This document shows, one piece after another, positions 35,015-40,447 of a stretch of DNA of 40,447 nucleotides. Location of the stretch: IMG/VR virus record IMGVR_UViG_3300005805_004810, positions 1 through 40,447 of that record; one strand, 5' to 3'. A program made the position numbers and the translations under genes. A model generated the notes under the pieces. It saw only the letters and a program-made list of their open reading frames with translations, searched no databases and was not told where the DNA came from. The first letter of the stretch is position 1; each line of letters begins with the position of its first letter. The DNA comes from a virus. Taxonomy: Duplodnaviria; Caudoviricetes.

Positions 35015-35560
35015 TTAGGAAATCTTTGCTATAGAAAGCATAGGGGTTGTATCAAAGTACGGTGCAACTATATACTTTCCTTCGTTAGTCTGTATAGCAA
35101 TGTGCTTGATGGGTTTCATCTTGGTGGTCTGTTTGAGAATAGTTTCTTTTCTCTTCTTAAAGAACTCACCTATTGTTTTTTGCATGCCATACCCACGAAG
35201 TGAGAATGTAATTACAGCCGTCTTTTTAAACTTCATTACGGATCTAAACAGCGTTTTCATACTACCGCAGTAGTCTAAATCATACACTGTATTATCTTTG
35301 TTTGGATCTGTGTTATCAATATCACCGAAACGATATTTGAAATCTAGATCTACTTTTAAATCAGTAAGCTGCCTCATCATTACACGAGGATCTCTTTCCC
35401 ATATCTCATCCACTTCAAATCCATTAGCCTTGCACCAAGTAACATACTCATTGATGTCTGGTCCAGCTAAACCTACGATCTTAGATTTTTCATAGTGGGA
35501 GAATAGAAAGTCTCTTACTTGTTTCTTTTTGTCTGCTTCTTTGTAAGTTACCTTAGTCAT
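35015..35560 (-). CDS. Rossmann/methyltransferase-like protein
   Basis: VGLAGP...IWERD...FGDI...YDLDYCG...ITFSLR. Confidence 0.5.
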   Translation of the reverse strand: MTKVTYKEADKKKQVRDFLFSHYEKSKIVGLAGPDINEYVTWCKANGFEVDEIWERDPRVMMRQLTDLKVDLDFKYRFGDIDNTDPNKDNTVYDLDYCGSMKTLFRSVMKFKKTAVITFSLRGYGMQKTIGEFFKKRKETILKQTTKMKPIKHIAIQTNEGKYIVAPYFDTTPMLSIAKIS

Positions 35561-35907
35561 AGATCATCTATTATTGGGGGTTCAGATTTGTTTACCATAG
35601 TAACTGGGCCTGCTTGCACTACCTCTGCCCATCGTCCATCCCATTGGTGACCGTTCAGTGTTAGGATAGTTCTGGTAGATCTTACCGATACTCCAATATC
35701 TCTTAGCCTAGATCTAGTTGTATGTGTATCCCATCCAGCAGTAGTCACAAATAACCTGTTGTCTTTTGTGTAGAATGCGATTCTGTTACTAAATAAAAAC
35801 ATGGAGGCATTACCATTTTTATCTATAGTAATCTTAGTGTTGCCAAGACTTCTCTTTGTTCTGCTGAGAAGGAACTCGGCTGCGTTTCTGCCTGTCTTTC
35901 TGCTCAT
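35557..35907 (-). CDS. conserved hypothetical protein
   Basis: LF.NRIA....AGW.T.TTRSRL motif. Confidence 0.7.
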   Translation of the reverse strand: MSRKTGRNAAEFLLSRTKRSLGNTKITIDKNGNASMFLFSNRIAFYTKDNRLFVTTAGWDTHTTRSRLRDIGVSVRSTRTILTLNGHQWDGRWAEVVQAGPVTMVNKSEPPIIDDL

Positions 35908-35916
35908 AACTTTTGT

Positions 35917-36210
35917 TTATTGTTTTTTATTGAATGATTCTTCCTTAAGTTCTCTTCTCGCTGCTAAGTTTCCATACATCATAGCACAGTTTCTGCTACA
36001 AAAATATCCTATGCCATTATAGGTATAAGTCTCTGCTTTACCCCACCTATTAGTAGTTGGGTCAAGCGTCCACCCTTTTGCTAAAGGCATTGACTTGTCG
36101 CAGTTGTAACATTTGGCTCTGTCTTTTAGCGGAGGCTTTTCTTCCAGTTCCATCTTAGGAAATTGCATCGTGTCTACTCTAAGTAGATTTTTTCTCGATT
36201 TTCTTTTCAT
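35917..36210 (-). CDS. zinc-finger (TRASH/MYM-like) protein
   Basis: CYNC...YFCSRNC. Confidence 0.7.
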   Translation of the reverse strand: MKRKSRKNLLRVDTMQFPKMELEEKPPLKDRAKCYNCDKSMPLAKGWTLDPTTNRWGKAETYTYNGIGYFCSRNCAMMYGNLAARRELKEESFNKKQ

Positions 36211-36331
36211 GTTTCTTTTGATTTTTATATTTACAATTAGGACAAACGGTTATGGATTCTTTGTTCTTGTATACAGTCTGTGTGTACATCCTTTTGCATC
36301 CGTCACATCTTATAAACTTAGCTTTTATCAT
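36179..36331 (-). CDS. small zinc-ribbon protein (50 aa, not in ORF track)
   Basis: MIKAKFIRCDGC...VCPNC; ATGA overlap with the upstream gene. Confidence 0.65.
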   Translation of the reverse strand: MIKAKFIRCDGCKRMYTQTVYKNKESITVCPNCKYKNQKKHEKKIEKKST

Positions 36332-36627
36332 CTTACCTTTTTCATTTTTTTGCTGATGACAGATCTGAGAAGGTGTATCTCTTTATCAAGAATAACCTTG
36401 CTTATCTTCCCAGAGAAGTCTGCTTCTAAATTTATAGTGTCATCCATTGCTTCTCTAAGCAAAGCTCTACTCTCAGCTGAGTGGACGTATTCCCTTATAT
36501 TATCTACAATAGAGTAAAAGGTTTCTATGTCACTGTCTGTCTTCTTAGATCTGTAAATTTGAAAGTACATTATAGTTGCCCCCGCTATTCCTATAACGAA
36601 GAGCCCAAGTAGTAGGTAGGTGGTCAT
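36328..36627 (-). CDS. N-terminal TM protein
   Basis: LLLGLFVIGIAGATIMYF. Confidence 0.65.
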   Translation of the reverse strand: MTTYLLLGLFVIGIAGATIMYFQIYRSKKTDSDIETFYSIVDNIREYVHSAESRALLREAMDDTINLEADFSGKISKVILDKEIHLLRSVISKKMKKVR

Positions 36628-36631
36628 ATTA

Positions 36632-36847
36632 TTAATCTTTAGTTTCGGTTTCCCATTTCTGTAGTAGTTTCACAGCGATTTTGAATCTGTCATCATTGTA
36701 AAGAACCAGATCTATAAACCTCTGAATCAATATTTTTCTCTTCTGTTCATCTAGATCTCTGAAGCTCTCTGCATTCAGATCAATGTCTTTGTAGTTGAAA
36801 TCTACTGGTTGGTTTACGGTAGATTCTAAGGTGGTTTCTTCTCTCAT
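36632..36847 (-). CDS. hypothetical protein
   Basis: ORF in the - run. Confidence 0.6.
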   Translation of the reverse strand: MREETTLESTVNQPVDFNYKDIDLNAESFRDLDEQKRKILIQRFIDLVLYNDDRFKIAVKLLQKWETETKD

Positions 36848-36848
36848 G

Positions 36849-37058
36849 TTAATCTATTTTAACTTTTGGTAAATGATCCATTATCTGATACTTGTCATTC
36901 CGTGGTTGCAGGGCTAGTGTGCTTCCGTTATCCCACAAAACATGAATTTGTCCAATGTCATCGATCCATCTGATAGTCCCTAGGGTATTGGGAGGAGGGG
37001 CTTGTGTATCATCCATCTCAATTAGGCGTACCCTGTAGCCTTTTAAAGTTAAATCCAT
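36849..37058 (-). CDS. DUF4314 protein
   Basis: G.RVRLIEMDD...PP..GTI..IDDIGQIHV.WDNGSTLAL. Confidence 0.85.
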   Translation of the reverse strand: MDLTLKGYRVRLIEMDDTQAPPPNTLGTIRWIDDIGQIHVLWDNGSTLALQPRNDKYQIMDHLPKVKID

Positions 37059-37093
37059 AGCTTTAAATTGATATGTTAGAAAATTAATATTGT

Positions 37094-37384
37094 CTAAAGA
37101 GGATCTTCTCCTTTTTCTAAGGCATCCTTAATGCTTTCCAAGTCTCTTTCTAGATGAGCCCAGTCCTGCATGCACTTCAAAAACTTCTGTTCTATATCAT
37201 CTTCCAACACTATTCCTTTATCCATAACGTTATCCATAAAGGTCTGAAGGATAGCTAACTTTACCCTAATAATGTCTGGGTCATCTGTAACTTTGTCAAA
37301 AAATGCTGCTAATGCTGCGAATGCGAATGCCCTTTGGAGTCCTACCTTATGGAAATCCTCAAGTAGATTTTTTACTTCTTCCAT
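37094..37384 (-). CDS. hypothetical protein
   Basis: ORF in the - run. Confidence 0.65.
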   Translation of the reverse strand: MEEVKNLLEDFHKVGLQRAFAFAALAAFFDKVTDDPDIIRVKLAILQTFMDNVMDKGIVLEDDIEQKFLKCMQDWAHLERDLESIKDALEKGEDPL

Positions 37385-37401
37385 GATGTTTGTTTTTGTT
37401 A

Positions 37402-37650
37402 TTAAGAAATGATTTCTTTATATATTTTACCCTTGTGATCTCTGTATACTATCTCTCCTCCCTTTTCTATATAAGGTACACCTTTTTTATCTTTCATCAT
37501 CTTAATTTTGTTCCTTCTAATTATTTTATATACCCTAAAAGCACTCATTCCTAATTTTTTCGAGGCCTCATCAATGTTTTTAGAGGCATTTACAGCCTTG
37601 ATAACTAGACAGGCAGTGTTGTAGTCGATATTTAATATCTCTTGTTCCAT
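37402..37650 (-). CDS. Fis-type HTH protein
   Basis: NIDEASKKLGMSAFRVYKIIRR. Confidence 0.7.
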   Translation of the reverse strand: MEQEILNIDYNTACLVIKAVNASKNIDEASKKLGMSAFRVYKIIRRNKIKMMKDKKGVPYIEKGGEIVYRDHKGKIYKEIIS

Positions 37651-37684
37651 TTCGCCTTATTTTAACTTATAGAGGGATTAAAAT

Positions 37685-37714
37685 AAAAGGGGGGCAATAA
37701 GAATAAAGCCCCCG
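37685..37714 (-). terminator. intrinsic terminator
   Basis: On -: GGGGGC-TTTATTCTTATT-GCCCCC followed by CTTTT. Confidence 0.65.
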
Positions 37715-37744
37715 AATTTCCAACAAAACGCAACTGAACTATTT

Positions 37745-37930
37745 TTAATATGTTTTGGATATTCTTTCCATTATTTTGTCCTCTTGTTCCTCAAAGTATC
37801 CCAGCAGATCAAACACTTCTGGAGAAGCATCTTCGATACTGATCTCATTATATTCTTTTATGATCCTAGACTGAAGACCTCTGAATAGCTTCCAGAGATC
37901 CCACAGAGTGGCTGTGTTGGTTGGTTTCAT
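37745..37930 (-). CDS. hypothetical protein
   Basis: 61-aa ORF. Confidence 0.5.
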   Translation of the reverse strand: MKPTNTATLWDLWKLFRGLQSRIIKEYNEISIEDASPEVFDLLGYFEEQEDKIMERISKTY

Positions 37931-37966
37931 TCTCAGATTTTTAATATTTATATGTAGTATTTAGGC

Positions 37967-39085
37967 ATGACTTACAAACATCACATCTTTTTATCCATGG
38001 TTGAGGCTTTCGTTTTGAATGAGTCTCAAGACCCTAATAGAATTAGCTTTCTTGACTTGCTTTTGGAAGCTCCTATTGATGACGCTACCGTAAGCAAGAT
38101 GATTGCTAGTAAGAAACAGGTTAGCGTATACTATCAAGGAGATGGGGAATTGGATAAGGGATGGTATGGTTTTCAACCTATTAATGTTAAGAAAAAAGGT
38201 AACTTAAATAATATTTTGGGGTACATAGTACCTAAGGATGGATCAAATCCTACTCTAAAGTATCTTATACAGGACAGGATAGTAAACTGGAATGTTTTAG
38301 GTAAAAAAGATGCAGACTTATCTAAGGAGTATGAGAAGAAGCTGTTTAAGTTTTTCCGTAATCCTAAGCTACCAAAAGAAACAAAAAAGGCATACATTGA
38401 CAAACTTAAGAAGGTAGGAATAGACGTAGGCAACTTCCTTAAGAAGAGTGCCGCTACTGTAGCTTTGTCTGGGGCTTTGCTTATGCCTTTTAAAGATACT
38501 GTGGGAGAGTTTCTTAGACAAAAGGCACCGCACGTAGTACAGGTATTCTCAACTAAAGACTTAAGATCTACTGACTTTAGTGATTCACAGAAAGAAGTCT
38601 TGGGTAAGTTAATAGCTAACGCCATAAAAGATGGTCAAAAGAGTAATAAGGGATCTGTAACTTATAATCAATACAGAAAAGATATTAAGGCTGATGTAAT
38701 GAAGGGCAACATGATGAGTAAAGAACAGATTTGGAATCAACTCAAACAAGACCCAGAGGTTTTAATGGCTTTGACTTTAGGACAATTCAGTTATAAAAAG
38801 ACTGACAGTGGAAACTACTTGGTGACTGACACCTATGATTTTTCCAAGTGGAAAAGCATTAGCACAACCAAAGAAGATATAAAAAATTTACCGTACCCTT
38901 TAGCCATAGCCAAGATCATTAAGGATAATGAGGGGGCTAATTTATATACAGCTATAAGACACATGGCATACTTAGAGAACCCAGACGATAAACCAGGCGC
39001 AGAATCTAAGAAAGTATCTGTAATCATACCAGCTAAATACGTAGATACGTATAATGTTAAACCTTCTGACATCGCATCACCTTAA
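37967..39085 (+). CDS. WYL-like domain protein with additional C-terminal domain
   Basis: KKQVSVYYQGDGELDKGW...QP...IQDRIVNWNV aligns with the ORF at 2-529; C-terminal TLGQF...YLVTDTYDF. Confidence 0.75.
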   Translation: MTYKHHIFLSMVEAFVLNESQDPNRISFLDLLLEAPIDDATVSKMIASKKQVSVYYQGDGELDKGWYGFQPINVKKKGNLNNILGYIVPKDGSNPTLKYLIQDRIVNWNVLGKKDADLSKEYEKKLFKFFRNPKLPKETKKAYIDKLKKVGIDVGNFLKKSAATVALSGALLMPFKDTVGEFLRQKAPHVVQVFSTKDLRSTDFSDSQKEVLGKLIANAIKDGQKSNKGSVTYNQYRKDIKADVMKGNMMSKEQIWNQLKQDPEVLMALTLGQFSYKKTDSGNYLVTDTYDFSKWKSISTTKEDIKNLPYPLAIAKIIKDNEGANLYTAIRHMAYLENPDDKPGAESKKVSVIIPAKYVDTYNVKPSDIASP

Positions 39086-39419
39086 TAGTCTGGATGACAG
39101 CAATACAAAGCAGGAATGCTATCAGCATGGGCTGAACAATTACAAAAGCATATATATTCAACTCCTCATAGGTAATCCCTAGTTCTTTTGCATAGTAAAG
39201 TATGCAGTCACAGCACCATAAGAATAACTTACTTGGCTTCTCTATCAAGGTATGAAATAAATGGCTGTTGCTTCTGTAATCCTTGACAAGATAGTACCTA
39301 GTCACTGAAGTATGACCTCCGATGGTATGATGAACTCGATCTATCATCACATAAGTCAGTACACAGAATAAGATTGTGACAACTGCTATTCTTTTGTCAA
39401 ATGCTTTTATCCTTTTCAT
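39057..39419 (-). CDS. membrane protein
   Basis: TM segments; LGITYEELNIYAFVIVQP. Confidence 0.65.
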   Translation of the reverse strand: MKRIKAFDKRIAVVTILFCVLTYVMIDRVHHTIGGHTSVTRYYLVKDYRSNSHLFHTLIEKPSKLFLWCCDCILYYAKELGITYEELNIYAFVIVQPMLIAFLLCIAVIQTIKVMRCQKV

Positions 39420-39594
39420 CAGATCTATTTTTAAGACGCTTGAATATAATTTCAACCCCTCTAATAATAGCTTGGGAGGCTCCGATTATACCCACCACAG
39501 TAAAAAAAGCTGCTACGTATACGTTTCCATATACAAACAACAGTCCATATACTAACAACGCAGTAGATACTAGAAACAAACTTAGGTACTTCAT
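39397..39594 (-). CDS. small 2-TM protein
   Basis: Two hydrophobic segments, basic tail. Confidence 0.6.
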   Translation of the reverse strand: MKYLSLFLVSTALLVYGLLFVYGNVYVAAFFTVVGIIGASQAIIRGVEIIFKRLKNRSDEKDKSI

Positions 39595-39603
39595 ATAAAT
39601 TGA

Positions 39604-40089
39604 TTAATTAACAAACTCTTGCCTAGTTAACATGAACCTTTTGTATATATTGTTCCAATAATCTGCACCCTCTGGTGTTTCATCCCAAGGAAAAGAAGAT
39701 CTTATCCATTCATCAGCAGCATAATAGATGTTACTCTGCTGTGTCCTACTAAGGAACTCCAACCCTCTACATTCTACAATATTCTTAATGAACTTAGCAG
39801 CTTCTATAGGAGAAAGCTTAGCACACATCTCAGGTAGGTTAACTCCTTCTTTACTTATAGATTTCAACTTATGACATAGCTCATTCCAGTAGTCGGGTCC
39901 TTGGTTGCTACGCTCCCAGTTAAAAGCAGACAGTAGGAATTGATGGGGAGCCATATACTGACCTCTAAAGTATTCGTTAGGGTTAGTAGTCTCTTCAGCC
40001 TCAGTCTGAAAGATCTTAAAGGCTGACATGAATTGTTCTTGTTCCTCCTCAGTGAGAAGGGTCAAGAAGGTATGGAAGTTGACCGTCAT
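39604..40089 (-). CDS. protein with internally duplicated F.W..(S/T).(Q/E)G.DYW motif
   Basis: AFNWERSNQGPDYW and SFPWDETPEGADYW. Confidence 0.75.
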   Translation of the reverse strand: MTVNFHTFLTLLTEEEQEQFMSAFKIFQTEAEETTNPNEYFRGQYMAPHQFLLSAFNWERSNQGPDYWNELCHKLKSISKEGVNLPEMCAKLSPIEAAKFIKNIVECRGLEFLSRTQQSNIYYAADEWIRSSFPWDETPEGADYWNNIYKRFMLTRQEFVN

Positions 40090-40095
40090 TTTACT

Positions 40096-40257
40096 TTATT
40101 TACTGGGTTTAGGAATAGATTTGAACATCCATAGCTTAACTTCAAATCCAAAGCAACCAATTAGTATAATAATAGTTTGGTCATGATAACCCATACCAAA
40201 TACCAACCCTTTGATTGCTGAGATCTCGATGTGGTTGTTTCTGTATAAAATTTTCAT
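40096..40257 (-). CDS. small hypothetical protein
   Basis: Start MKILYRNN preferred. Confidence 0.55.
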   Translation of the reverse strand: MKILYRNNHIEISAIKGLVFGMGYHDQTIIILIGCFGFEVKLWMFKSIPKPSK

Positions 40258-40261
40258 ATTA

Positions 40262-40447
40262 CTATCTTTTTTGATTAGCCATTTCATCTAAGTCCAAGAC
40301 CACCACCATAGATGGAAGCCATCCTATAATAAGAAGGATAAAGACCATAGGTCCTGAGGTAGCTATCTGCTTAAAAGTAGAACCATCTGAACATAGATAA
40401 CCAATAAGAGACAGGAACATCCAAGTTGCGATAAAGGTGGCTATAAT
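40262..40447 (-). CDS. membrane protein, 5'-truncated by the window edge
   Basis: Open frame IIATFIATWMFLSLIGYL...LLIIGWLPS...NQKR*. Confidence 0.6.
   Translation of the reverse strand: MIATFIATWMFLSLIGYLCSDGSTFKQIATSGPMVFILLIIGWLPSMVVVLDLDEMANQKR

Noticed and set aside
173-39598. Many 60-150 aa ORFs antisense to or nested in called genes (e.g. 5325-5735, 16647-17069, 30030-30455, 38173-38625)
   Set aside because: They overlap better-supported genes and lack motifs or proper start contexts
1-40447. Stop-codon reassignment, as in some Bacteroidota phages
   Set aside because: TAG, TGA and TAA all end tightly packed genes, and coding density under code 11 is already near complete
1-40447. CRISPR array, integrase, transposase or reverse transcriptase
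   Set aside because: No regularly spaced repeats or matching catalytic motifs were seen

Overview
This window reads as part of a large dsDNA phage genome, most likely infecting a Bacteroidota host. The genes are dense and mostly small. There is a Bacteroidota-type TTTG-N19-TAnnTTTG promoter, start regions are A/C-rich without Shine-Dalgarno motifs, and the standard genetic code is used. Two blocks converge near 20.0 kb. The + block (1-20048) holds a WYL protein, an HNH-like regulator and a complete tmRNA with a 25-aa tag. It also holds a ~9.3 kb envelope island: two CsgG-like proteins, a cohesin/dockerin protein, a T9SS-CTD-like lipoprotein, three beta-barrel-like proteins and a protein with a mirror-spaced cysteine ladder. 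After the island come a HAD RNA-repair-type phosphatase, a ClpP-like protease, a ~430-nt non-coding structured tract ending in a degenerate tRNA, two twin-arginine mini-proteins, an AAA+ ATPase, DUF3310 and a metallophosphoesterase. The - block (20011-40447) looks like an early/host-takeover region: HNH, stand-alone Smr, paralogous small-gene cassettes, a metallophosphoesterase, DUF932, gp88, DnaA-C HTH, a DUF6915-DUF6878x2-DUF6745 module, a permuted GHKL ATPase and DUF4314. One + strand WYL paralog interrupts it. All family assignments come from motifs recognised by eye; no database searches were run.
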